A DNA stretch of 64,000 bases from positions 124,001 through 188,000 of the forward strand of contig JAQGDQ010000289.1 of NCBI GenBank assembly GCA_030141605.1, in the 5' to 3' direction. The stretch comes from Tubiluchus corallicola (taxonomy: Eukaryota; Animalia; Priapulida). Position 1 is the first letter of the stretch. Every line of letters starts with the position of its first letter. The translations under genes and the position numbers were made by a program. The notes under the pieces were generated by a model. It saw only the letters and a list, made by a program, of their open reading frames with translations. It was not told where the DNA came from and made no database searches. Below are positions 51,880-64,000 of this stretch, piece after piece.

Positions 51880-53027
51880 GTAACCAGACTTCTGTCTAGA
51901 CATGGAGATCACGTTTGAGTAAGTCGGTCAATGTTGTATTGCCTATACGTGAATTTAAGCATTGTCAGAATATTTGTGATTTAAAAAACACTCTTTATAA
52001 GTGCATAGCACCGGCTATATTTTGATTAACTGTTAGCATTCTACCATTAAGACGTTTGCTATTGGCTATAAATCAAGAGTTCTTAGGCCTTAATAACAAT
52101 TGCACGTTTTCTTGAGAATATAAACTTGTTGAAAGCAAACCTGCCCCATATAAATATTTTTTTATTTCATATTGCTTGGTCAGTAGCTATTGAGATTAAT
52201 AATAATAATAATTTTTGATACAATAGAAAAGTTTTACAGTAAGATGAATATGTCTACATTTGCAGTATACATGTGAAGTGCCTGAATGAGCATGAACCGT
52301 CCCTTTTTTGGTACAATTGTTATCGCAGTCTGTACTGTATGCTCAAAGTAGAAAACTAATAGTGTACGTCACTTCGTGAAGTACCACTTCTGATGCGAAT
52401 CCCGATTTTTTTATAGAGCAATTCAACTTTCACACTTCATTCAAGTTATTCAGAAATTTTACATTTTTTTCAATTTGACAGTACGTAGCACAAGTTATGT
52501 TTGTAAGCGTTTTGTCAAGATATTTTTATATTGATTCCATACAAGCTGGACTTATTTGTAAAAAGTTGTTTTGTTGCTACTAAATTGTAATTGTAATTAT
52601 TATTGAATCACGTGCCGCTTGGTTCTGAAATTGAAAATTTAAGTTTTATTGAACTGAACGAATATAAATCATTCACACCTGAGTGGGAGCCACAATTTTT
52701 GCAAGAATCTTTCTTTTCACGCTGAAAGCGACTTAGCTTGGTTACTCTAACGGCTAAGCTATTAAGCCGGCTTGGAATCATAAATTTTCAAGAAATGGTA
52801 TACTCATGCTTCTTAGAATAGTGTGCCAGTAACTGCGAGTTTGGAGAATAAAATGTCCTGGTAACCGTGTTCAGTGTGAAAGAACGCATTAACAGGTTTC
52901 TGATTGTTTTAACTGTTTTCCTATTGCAAAAAACAGATAAAGTTTGTGAAAGTAAAAGGCGGCTAATTTCCCTCAAGAGATTGAGCTGACAGAAGCAAGT
53001 AAATAGCACCATGCCATTTTCTTTGTG

Positions 53028-53263
53028 TACAAACAGTTAAAATTATTTGAGCCTGTCGATCAATGCGACTTTCATTTTTCTTTTAAAATTCATTTCAGAG
53101 TTTACTTAGCAGTAAGATATGAAAAATTATTTTTACACACAACATACTTTTACAAACAATTAAAATTATTTAAGCCTGTCGATCAATGCGACTTTCATTT
53201 TTTTTAAAATTCATTTCAGAGTTTACTTAGCAGTAAGATATAAAAAATTATTTTTACACACAC
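53028..53263. repeat. Tandem duplication, 2 x ~123 bp, in the probable INSM 3' UTR
   Basis: Near-identical units start at 53028 and 53151 (tacaaaca.ttaaaattattt.agcctgtcgatcaatgcgactttc...ttttacacac). Confidence 0.92.
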
Positions 53264-54489
53264 CATTTGAAGTGTAGAATACAGGTATTATTCAACACAG
53301 CATTTTTTCATTTTGATTGGTGGTAAGTTTAGTATTTGAAGCTTTCGTGTTTTACTAGAGCTTCGTGATCAGTTACTCAAGCGAATGAGCAAATACTCGT
53401 CATGCGTTCTACTGTGCAATATAAGAATTATAGTAAATATACAGTTTTATTATACAAGTCGACTTGCGACATTTATTTACAAACTCTTTACATTTGATGT
53501 TTCTAGTCTCCGTTTATTATAAGCTGTGCACGTTTTTAGTAGAATTTTTGTAACTGTAAATTATTATTTTATATTATTTGCGTGTTTATATGTAAACCTG
53601 TTTAGAATAGTGTTGTGGTATGTGATATACCCATTATTTATTTACTTTTAAATTTATATTGTATAAATTTTTATGTTTATTCCTTAATTAAAAAAACATT
53701 ATTCTTATAAGTTGTGATGTAACATGCTATAGCGGATCATTTTTCTATATTATTAAGATTATTTTTTTCATTTTTAAACTCTTTCTATTATGTTTTTCAT
53801 GTTGATATTGTTGGTTCTTTGCTTTTAAAAATAAGTCTTGTTTATTTGTAGTTCATCTTTTCATATCTCGTAATTTTGAGCGCAATCACATATACTTAAA
53901 GTGCTGCTGCAAAACCAAAATTGGTGCTTTGAAAAGATGTTTTTTAAACTTAGGTCTACGTGCACTTTGTTTAGACTATTTGCCTTTATTGCTATGAACG
54001 TTGCTGGTTTTGTAAGTTTTTTATGCACAAATAAATCTATGTTTTATAATTTTCTTCTAAAGATTTGGAATTCGCGAATTTTTATTATCGTTTTGAATTT
54101 GTGAGACGTAAGAATCTGGCGTAAAAAGATGTACGTTACTGAAAAAGGAAACAAGAATAAAAAAATTGCGCTACTTCCGAATATGTGAATCTTGTAAACC
54201 TATGGTCGCATACATAGAGCCTAACCAAATCATCGAGAAGTAGTAAGCTCTACGGTCTACCAAGTGATGGAGAAAATTGTATTAAATCGCTGGGGAAAAG
54301 AGCGTAAAGGTGTTAGAGTGGCCGTTTTTAAGAGAAACGTTGTAGAGAAAATTCTATGTAAAATAATTAAAATATCATACAAATTCTTAGTAGCACAAAA
54401 CAATAAGCGGGGCAGAAGGCAAAGCAGTTACACCATACATCAGCATCTAATCGCCAGTCTGAACAAGCGTGGGTTCTGGTTTTCGTAAT

Positions 54490-55230
54490 TTACATACTTG
54501 GCCGTGTGAATGTTGCAGCGCGTCGCCACGTGCCCCTGTCTATTGTTGTTCCGATGGTCCCGGGCTAATTTCTAATCATTCAATAAACCGCAAGTATGCG
54601 ACAATGAAAAATGTCTTTGTTCCCAGTGCGTAGAGCCCAACGGTCCCGCTTAATGTGGGTCTACATTAGTAATGACTGCATGGCGGGGCTGATCGTCAAC
54701 GCGTCGGGCTTCTTTGAACCCTGGGAGGGCGGGGACACGATCTCGCGCGGCTGCCAAAAAGCGGGGTACACCAGAAGGAATCCTGCTTTCTTATTATGTA
54801 TTTTGTTCAAAACGTAATACTTACAGAAACAGTCAAAAACGTCTGACGTTTATCAATTTTATTTGTCGGCTGGGGTAGTTAGTTTCAGTTAAATTCACAA
54901 TAATGTATGCGCCCCTGAAATAACACAATGCGGCAGCTGCTGAATTTGAATATGCAAAGAGGCGAATGGCTGAGAAGGAAAGGCAAATAGAGGGGCAGGT
55001 GGGGGAGAATTGAAAACGCTATAGGTAGAATAACGGTACAGTTCAAGAACAAAAAGCAGCACGAAAAACAATGAAATCGAAGTGCTGATTTTAACCCAGT
55101 ACTTTTAAGTCTTCATTGTTGATTCACTGATGTGAATCAAATGATATACTGACCTGAGTGACCTCACAACTTTGTGCAGGCAAGGTGATTTGACTGCCAG
55201 GGGAACCCTCTCTGGCCCTTCCTGCTCAGA
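54490..55230. promoter_or_regulatory. GC/CpG-rich non-coding island, candidate enhancer
   Basis: CpG-dense segment in an AT-rich background with Sox-like, TCF-like, E-box and octamer-like motifs; no credible ORF. Confidence 0.45.
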
Positions 55231-57709
55231 CTACAGAAAACTTGGTAGAGCATGCCATGCAGTCACAAAAACACTGACTGCAAAGCACCGAAAAAATTGA
55301 CATTGTTATGGAAATCATGATACATGTCATGTGGCTAAAATGCTAAAAGTACTTCGCACATAGTATTATTGGTAGAAACCTAGAGTACAAAGCACAGAAT
55401 TTTTGTAGTTAATTAACCGTCTATTAAATAGATCGTTTGTAACTGATAGTTCAGTGGTCACGGTGTTCAACTTAACGACATTGGAACGGATACCTGCAGT
55501 TTATCTATGTAGGTTATCGTTTATCCTTTACGACAATTTAACTGTGCCAATCATAATTAGTACAACGTAAGTTTACTTACAATATTACAATTACAACAAT
55601 ATAATAAAGGGACCTTACATTAGTCTATAAAAATACTTACAGATAATCAACAGAACAACTTTGTAAAATCGTAGCTGCTAGTAAGCTTTAAATGTATTAA
55701 CATATATGTGGCGGGTTTCATAGCAGAGTGGTCTCGCAAACACCTTGTTGGTTTTGATACTCACTCTAAGTGGTCTCATTCACCACACTGCAGTCAGTAT
55801 AGTTATTCAACTGCAATTTGTTCTTGAATTCCTCATCAGCTCACACCTCTCCAATTTTAGAAAACAGGTATCCATTGTAACAAATATTGTCTTGCAAAAT
55901 TTTTGTCAACTAACCGGAGTTGTGTGTGAAGGTTAAAGGCGACTTAATCAGGGAATTTTTGTCACACGGTAAATCATAAATTTGTCATCATCTGGGCAGC
56001 TTTTGTCGAGTGATTTTTTATGGCATTTTGGAAAGACGGTATGATAACTGGATCATAAACTAAGAGCGTGAAAAAACACCTTCACAGTTCACACTGTCGA
56101 TAAAAGCAGTGAACACTGCAGTCAACGAAAATACAAAGTTCTACACTTTATTGGCAGATGGCCTAACCTAAAAGCCTGGAAAATGTTAATTAAGAACAAC
56201 AAAGCTACTCAAGCGATAGTTATAGGTATTTATACAACTAACAGGTGTTCTTTCTTTTATGGCATAATTTATTTCAATAGCTGTTTAGACAGAAAAACAA
56301 TGTTTTCACCATAACTTACAGCAGCAGAAACTGGAAAAACAACAGGCATACTGATTAGCAAAGTTACAAGTTGATAACAATTATTAAATTATCACAGTGT
56401 AAGGTATAATGCCACTTCATAATGAAAAATTGATCATTTCTAAATGTAGATTACAATGCTCTAGAGAATTTTTGATGATTACAGCATTCTGGGTTTGTCT
56501 TTTCTTAACAGAATAGTATGTTTTACAGTAGTTTTATTACAATGTTATCTGTGGTTAATAATAATTAATATTAGAAGGTACAAATAAGTTACTGCTTATT
56601 TATTTATAACAATTACAAACCATACCTATTTACATTATTTCACCAACTGCTCATACAGTGTCCATCAAATTACATGTACAGTGTCTGTGAATAGGCCATT
56701 ATTTAATAAGACCACAACGTTAACATTTTTGTCAAAGCTAGAAAGGCAACTCCAACGATTTTTAATCACTCAACGACATTACACATAAACAATGTAATGA
56801 AACAAAATTGCAGCAGTAATGTACAAGCTTACAATCAGTATACAATCATACATACATGTAAGCAATTAAACAACGTTGGTTATCAGGAAAACATAGACAA
56901 ATGTAACAGCAGATTAATCATTTATATACAATGTAAGTTACCCTTACAATAATAAATAATCTATTTTTAATATAATGTTACTAATATTACGTATAGAGTA
57001 TAATGATAATAATACATAGCTGTAGATACCTAATTTTATTTGAGCTAATAGCACAAAATTATAAAGCACTCAAGTTTTTAGTTTGCTGATACCATGCCAA
57101 CTACAGAAAGAATAAAAAAGCTAAACATTTTTGCTCACTATTATCTGTAAATTACTTCCATACAATTACTTTGGTTAAAACCTTTTTTTCGTATTCATTG
57201 CAAAGATAAAATCTTGTAAAAGACACCATGTTGTTAATAAAAGGTCTTTTACTTTCACAGTGGTGTACACTAAATCTTATTATTAGATTCGAATAATTCG
57301 AGATGGCACCCATTTTATGTAAAAAATTATTGCAACTTGTCACTCAAGACTAGTTTTTTTACCCTAGCCCACCACCATTTATATTTAATATTATTGCATC
57401 AGGGTTGAAGGATGCAACATTTCACAGAAATTAATATTTCATATTTACTAGTTTTCACAGAAAGGCAAGGCAGTGAGTAACAAGACAAGTATACAAATGT
57501 TAATAATTTAATATATACATTATTCCCCTTGTAACTGATTATGTCGTAATATAAAATTAACATAAATTGTCGTAATTATGTTATAGCTATTATATATCGC
57601 TTGTGCATAATTTTTTTCACATTTTCTATTAGATTTCAGTTTGTTTCTATTAGCATCCCAGTTGCTTAAAACGTTAGCATAATTGATCTACTTTGCTCAA
57701 CCACTTGAT

Positions 57710-59985
57710 TTAGTTCCGACGTGGAGTGCACGGTGGTGTCGAATCTGACCTCATGCGTCCTTTCGTTCCAGCAGGCAGTTGCTTAATAAAGGCAGATACA
57801 GCACTATCTATATGAACTTCATCACCTACAATAGTATATTGAACAATTCTAGATCTAGTCAACTGAAATTCAACTAAAAATAGTAGTTATTCATTAAACA
57901 AGAGAAACACATTCACTTTGACATTGTCCTATGTTTGTACATTGATAGTGTTGATGTGTCTGAGCAATTCATCAGGTAACGAACAAAGCAGATTGCCGAT
58001 AACATAACTACTAAATTTACTACTTATATGCAACGAGATTCAGTCAAACAACAAATTTGTTCTAAAGTAATGCAGACATTTAGGCTGAAATCTCAAAGTG
58101 TTATGTAATTGATGGCATGTTCCACTATGAACAGATGCTCTATATTTAGTAAAATGCAGTGCGAGTTGTTTATATGCGGTGCCATATAAACCATCTTGAT
58201 CCAAATTATCTACTGCACAGATGATTGCAACTGCATCAGAAATTGCATGATGTGAATATAGGCAAACAAACTGCAATGCATGTTTACAAATTGTAACAAA
58301 ACCTACACAACATTACTAGTATATCTAGTCAATTCACACACGATTTACTGACAAGTTCTCTAATTAATCTAATCAAGCATAATTTACATTGTAAGCTTGC
58401 TAATCAAGCTGAATGTGCACATACTGTTAGCGAGGTAGGTTCACTATCCTACCTAGGTTATTCTGATCTCCTATCATACCGTACGTGATAGTCGGTTGAT
58501 GATGCAACGTCGGATGTGCAGATGAGGAAGCTGACGACTTGCTGCTAGGGGATGGGGATGAAGACGGTTTGCTGTCCAGCAGGGCGCTAGCTAGTGTCGA
58601 CACATCATGGCGGTCTACTGATGGCCCTGTAAATAAATATAATACGAACAAATTTAAAAAAGAAAACAAAGCACAATACTACAAAGCACAACACGCTCCA
58701 AGTGAAGTGCAACCATGTATCTCTATAGATCAATTTAATGCCAGACATAAGCTGTCAGGCTAATGGCAACAATATGCATAATCATTAGTACTCAAAATTA
58801 CAAATAGTTAATTTCATTTAATAGTAGCACCCGTCTTAGTGGAATTAGCATAATAATATCATCACCACACTTTAGGTTTCCCTGTCATATTTTTGCCAAT
58901 TATGGGATTTTCATGACTGTAAAACTAGAGAAACACACATCAAAAAATGTGGAATTTTACACACACATAGTGCTACATAATAATTAAAAAAATTTCATAA
59001 GGAGCTTACCAGCTTACCAGAGAATATAACAATAGAATTTACTGTGCATTCAATACAAAGAACCAAGCACAGAGGAGCAGCCAAGATGTGTACTGCAACA
59101 AGGGCAACACTTGGAAGGACCACTAAAACAGTACCAGCTTCATACTTTAGAACATATTGATTTGGTAATTGATTTATTGTATAACAGTAACTATGGTTAT
59201 GACACTTCAGCTATTTTTAGTCACATGGTTAATCAACTACTGGTACGTGCTACCAAGGATGTAGTATTTTGCATGAATAATAAAATGTGTGTGCAACATG
59301 AGGGTATCCATGGGATTACCTTTGAGATCTTTACTTGCCAATATTTTTCTGTCAAAACATATAGTCTCATTTCCACCAGTCCACATTGTCCTGTGCACTA
59401 CTATCATGTAGATAATACTTTGCTTGCAGTTCATTAAACAAGTCATGTGAGTCTGTTGTGTGGCTCAGGTAAAATACCTTTAATTTGAGCACTGCATATA
59501 AGCGTGCTGATTTGTTGTCAGCCATTAACAGGACTTGATCACACTGTTCTTCGTGGCATAAATTAGTGAAGGAGTTAGAGCTTGTTGAGAAATGGTGCAC
59601 CTATAATCATTATAATTGTGGTTGATTCTGATGATTACAATAATTTCATACTGTTTAAAATTCAGTGGCATGGCTATCATTATAAAATTTTGCACGTCGT
59701 TTATGTTAAGTGGTCAGTATTCTAAAAGTCGTTTTCACCAGCCTATAAACTGTGGCAGTTCGTCTTAGTTCCTAAAGTGCATGATGGCTTGTGACGACTT
59801 GGTAGGAAGGCACCTTTATAACTTGTATGGAAACTTTATTTAAAGAAAAATACTCACATCCGCTTTGAACTTGGCTTTGTGGCCGGCTAGATGGACTGTA
59901 TACCTTAGCAGTAAACTCCTCAAAGCTGGTCGGCTCTTTCAGTTTCTGTGCAATGTTATCAACATATTTTGCCCGCTCTTCATAG
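57710..59985 (-). CDS. RALGAPA1: Ral GTPase-activating protein alpha subunit, last three coding exons
   Basis: Exons 59985-59858, 58626-58453 and 57825-57710 join in phase. YEERAKYVDNIAQKLKEPTSFEEFTAKVYSP matches the RALGAPA1/2 C-terminal YEERARYL...EPTTFEDFAAQVFSP as I recall it. Candidate AATAAA on the minus strand at 56152-56147. The GAP domain lies beyond the window. Confidence 0.85.
59110..59610 (+). mobile_element. Highly degraded Penelope-like reverse transcriptase remnant in a RalGAP-alpha intron
   Basis: LLVRATKDVVFCMNNKMCVQHEG, frameshifted VSMGLPL, YYHVDNTL and CSSWHKLVKELE parallel the Penelope RT motifs F.FN...Y.Q..GVAMGSPL, YVDDT and CSS...F..EL. Confidence 0.55.
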
Positions 59986-60221
59986 CTGCGAGATATTAGT
60001 CAAGGAATAATACCAAGTGTTTAAATGAATGCATCACATCAAACTAGACATTTCCTGTTTACTAAGACCATATTTTGGCATTGTTTGACTACTGTTTTTG
60101 CACACACTGAGAGTTTACATAGGGCTGCATTTCAACTGAAAATGAAAATATGTTTTAGTTGTAAGTTAGTAATAGTGATCAGCTGGCAATTGGCAGGGTA
60201 AGGGGAACAGGCAATTGACCG

Positions 60222-60295
60222 TGATCTGCTCTTGATTATGAAGTTAAAACTGCATCCAGCATATTAGTAAATGGATGGGTAACCACTGTGAAAAC
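60222..60295 (+). mobile_element. 5S rRNA-derived fragment, probable SINE remnant
   Basis: gaagttaa at 60240 and ttagtaaatggatgggtaacc at 60264-60284 match the 5S internal control region (gaagttaagc...ttagtacttggatgggtgacc) in order and approximate spacing. Confidence 0.5.
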
Positions 60296-63200
60296 TGCAT
60301 CCAGTTGGGTGGACTTGCCATAGTGCACAGATTTTATGTATGACTTTTAGCTCAGGAGCAGGATGTGATATGGCAATCATACCTTGATAATGCTAGACAA
60401 AATTACTAACATGACAAATTATTATTAAACTACAGTCACCATTATTATTTTATGTGAATATCAAGATCGAACAAACAGACGCAACACAACTTTGTAAACA
60501 ACAAAGTTACTCACCCCTCACGCACCTGCCTTTTTATTAGCCCTGCTTTCTTTTCTAGTGCAATGACATGCCCGAGGCCAAGCTTAAATATTAATCACAT
60601 GCAAACATGCCATAGTACATAGAGGGATAGAGACCACTGTGCAGCCATCTGCTATGGTATTACAATGCATGCTATTTAAATGGCTTTCTCATCATTAATA
60701 ATGCAACATCAATTTTTGCCAAATCAAATAAAGGCAGGGAAAGGGTACAGGCACTTGGAGATATCAACATTTGGAATTTCCCTTGCTAGGCCACAATTAC
60801 ATTAAAAATAGCTTGAAACGTAATATTTTGCATAATTTAAACATACAACATGCAAAATAAATCTGAAACAATTTTAATAGAATTATGACTATCAAATAAA
60901 AACAAGATAAATAGAAACGGTTAATGATTTGATTCACATCAATAAGGACCAATTTTATCAACTTTGGACAATAACAAGTCTGCAATTATTATTTATGTAT
61001 TTTTTTTCTTTTTTGATATGCAATCAAATCAATTAAATGTATCACACCTTGGACAATAATTCAAACCATTTCTTCCAAGTGCAATTTTTCCAGGTCAATT
61101 AGGATGTTTTTTAATAGACTGTAACAGAGCGAGTCTAATTAACACATATGTGTACCATCACGGCAGCTGTGCCTAATAAATCAAGGAAAAAGCATTTTTA
61201 CATAATTAGACACATGCATGCATATTTAATGATGAGTGACTCATGCCTATAATTTCATCCCTAAAAAACTTCCCATGCCTATAAAGCACAATTTCAAAAC
61301 TGCTGCTAGCCAAATTTGAACTAGTGAATGCGGCTGGAAAACCGTTAGACAAAACTGGTTTAAAGTTAAAGGTGACCATGTTTTGATAGTAGCTGATAAG
61401 GTCGTTGACCTAATCAAACAAAGTAATCCAAGAAAAGTAGACTACTCACAACTACATCAATACCCTACCGCAATGTACCCCTGATGATGAGATTTTAATA
61501 TGTACTGCAAACAGCCAAATCAAACAATAGTAATAATTAATAAAAAGCCCACAATGACCAATAAACATGCAAAAGGAAGAAAACAAAAATGCACAAAAGA
61601 TCAGAGATTTTTTCTGAATTTTATGACACTACCTAATATTATTACTGCATGTTATTATTATTATATCTATTATTATTAGTTATATTTTGTTTGACTCTTT
61701 TCTGTGCTTTGCATTGTGTCCTTAATATTTTTTGTGAATGTTTTAGAGACATTTTGTGCATTTTGTTTTTTCTTGTGTTTTTTTAGTGCTTTAGTGCTTA
61801 ATTAGTAGCTGAAATGTTATTATTATAAAACAAAAAAAATCTCATTTTTTTCCTCGAAATGAAAACAGTTCACAGTTTTCAAATATTATTTACAAGATTT
61901 TTAATAAATAATATTGAATTATGTCATGAAGACACCATATATGCAAACTGTTTGAACTGCTTCTACACTGTTTGCATCAAGGTGAAAATTGTACTAACTA
62001 ATTAAACAAAGTGTGGCATTCATCATGCTAATTACCATACAGATGGTTAAACTGTTGATAAAAAGAAGTGTCAATAAAAAAATTCCCATGCTCAATGAAT
62101 AAACAAAAAACCATCTGTTGGTTGCGGGTTGATAGGTGACAGCAGTGATAATGTATGGTAATAGTATAACAGGTAAATTCTGCATATTCATCATCATTAA
62201 CTGTCAAAATTTGTTAAAATGCCTTTTGAATCTCAATTAAGTGACTGGTAGCGATATTACAAAGTAAAATTTTAAACTGCAGACCACTGATGATTTAATT
62301 CTCAAGTCTACAACATTTCACATTAGCTAACACTAAACGCTGTAAAGGTATAAATGTTATGATAATTTTTTAGATACTGTTAATAGAGATACGTTTAAGA
62401 AAATTAGTAGCTAACAATTTTCAAGTAGTGTATTTGTAAGGTATTTGAAACTGCTGCACGTGTAGTTCAACATATTAATAAGCACATGACTAAAATATAC
62501 ACAATTGTCAGTCACTTTAAGGTTCTGGTAAATTCCAGTGATCAGCAAAAATAATTTTAAACTGTTAGTTATTTCTACATTTTACATGATCTAGAAAGCA
62601 GTAGAAAAAAGTGAGCATGAGCTGAAAGCAAATTTTTAGGTATCACTTAAAAAACTATAGCTAAATGTGTTTATTAGTTAAGCAGCCAAGTTGTCATAAA
62701 AATCAAAATATTTAGCAAAAAGGGGACCCATCACAAGCATAAGAAATAGAGATAGATATCATCTTTATTTACCATATATTTACGTCATGTATGATACAAA
62801 AACGACAGATAATATGGCAGTTATTTTCAGAAGAAAAATAATGTTGTTGGTAATAGCATTATTTATAAATTAAAAAAAAACTACCTCTGGCAAAAAACGA
62901 AAACGGAAGCACAGATCACAAGACAGATAAATAAAAATAAATAAACTAAAGCAAATACATACATAATAAATCAAAACAAACATCAGGCACTAGAAGGTTT
63001 ACCTCAGAATTGGATGGCGACTGCGGAAAACTCTGTAGGCTATATCTGCATTAACAGACCAAAAATAAAGGCTGTCTAAGATATTCTATGATCAATTAAC
63101 AGGTACGTTTATTAGTTTAGTAAAACCACTGGAGATGCACTTGTTTTAATAAACAAAGAATGCCTCATTAGAGTGCCATACGGATTGAATGGAACGCGAG

Positions 63201-64000
63201 AGCTGTAAACCCTATCAGAGAATTATAAGCGACAAAAATATTCATGCGTCGTGCACTTTATAGTTTGCACTTATTTACTTTTTGCAAACATCCAGGTGGT
63301 GCCTGCCTAACACAATGAAGCAATTAGAAACTGATAGCAACATATGCCACGTCAACATCTCACATGTCAGAACACCGCCACCACTTTGATCACGGCAAAA
63401 GAATTGCAATTAAAATATGATAGCTTTGCAAGCGGCACGCGACTCCCACTGTTTCGGATTCTACTAATAATTAAGACAAACAATGAAGCTAGTTATTGTC
63501 TAACTTGCAAGTTTTTGAGCATCATGTTACTAGTTTAATGATACCGAAGATGGAGAAATTTAATATACGTATGCGGAGATGATAGCGCCTCGAAGAATAA
63601 AGTGATGAAAATGTCATCTCATTTCGTGTATTTTATCATAAATATGAACTAAAGATGAAGAACGTTCCACATGTATTTCAACTGATGAGCGATGACCTAT
63701 AATTTACAGAAGATAAGATAATCCAGGAGAAAATAATTTCTTATCACTTTCTTTCCATGCTTGTTGTTGAAATTTAAACACTAATGCTTTGTTTCGTAAT
63801 AGAAGTACACAATTAAGAACTTCAGCTTAAGATAATTAATAATAGATTATTTCTAAAATGTTAAAAAATTTAATTAGTCACCCAAAGTAGTAAAGATTTA
63901 AATAAAAAAGAGTAACAAAAAGGCTCAAGGAAAATGGCTTAACTGGAATTAGGAAAGATGATCTCAAGTAGAAATAAGTTTTCAACAGATTTTTATGCTG

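Noticed and set aside
49997-51883. Antisense and alternative-frame ORFs up to 176 aa over INSM
   Set aside because: Shadows of the GC-richer INSM coding sequence; no motifs or splice support.
61575-61775. ~25-bp inverted repeat in the RalGAP-alpha intron
   Set aside because: AT-rich, low-complexity arms with a long spacer; likely MITE debris.
1-64000. CRISPR arrays, operons or prokaryotic defence systems
   Set aside because: The DNA is eukaryotic with spliceosomal introns; tandem repeats are two-copy duplications or microsatellites without spacers.

Overview
AT-rich, intron-rich animal genomic DNA, most likely an invertebrate bilaterian; it is not prokaryotic, so most short ORFs in the track are noise. 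Reading splice sites by hand gives six protein-coding genes. (1) The 5' end of a minus-strand membrane-anchored gene resembling invertebrate AREL1 HECT ligases (1-7519). (2) A complete 13-exon TBCE (16434-32740, +, 537 aa). (3) A PAN/apple + C-type lectin gene nested antisense in TBCE intron 8. (4) A complete 5-exon DESI2 (36203-42714, -, 167 aa). (5) An intronless INSM/IA-1 SNAG zinc-finger gene (49966-51879, +). (6) The 3' end of RalGAP-alpha (57710-59985, -). Repeats include a decayed CR1/L2-type LINE, a deleted pogo element with intact TIRs, Penelope-like and 5S/tRNA-derived remnants, and microsatellites. The best leads are the tail-to-tail INSM-RALGAPA pair matching both human paralogous loci, a candidate enhancer between those two genes, a U12-type acceptor in RalGAP-alpha, and the nested lectin that has lost one disulfide pair. 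I found no clearly new biological system. Gene names rest on remembered protein motifs, not on database searches.
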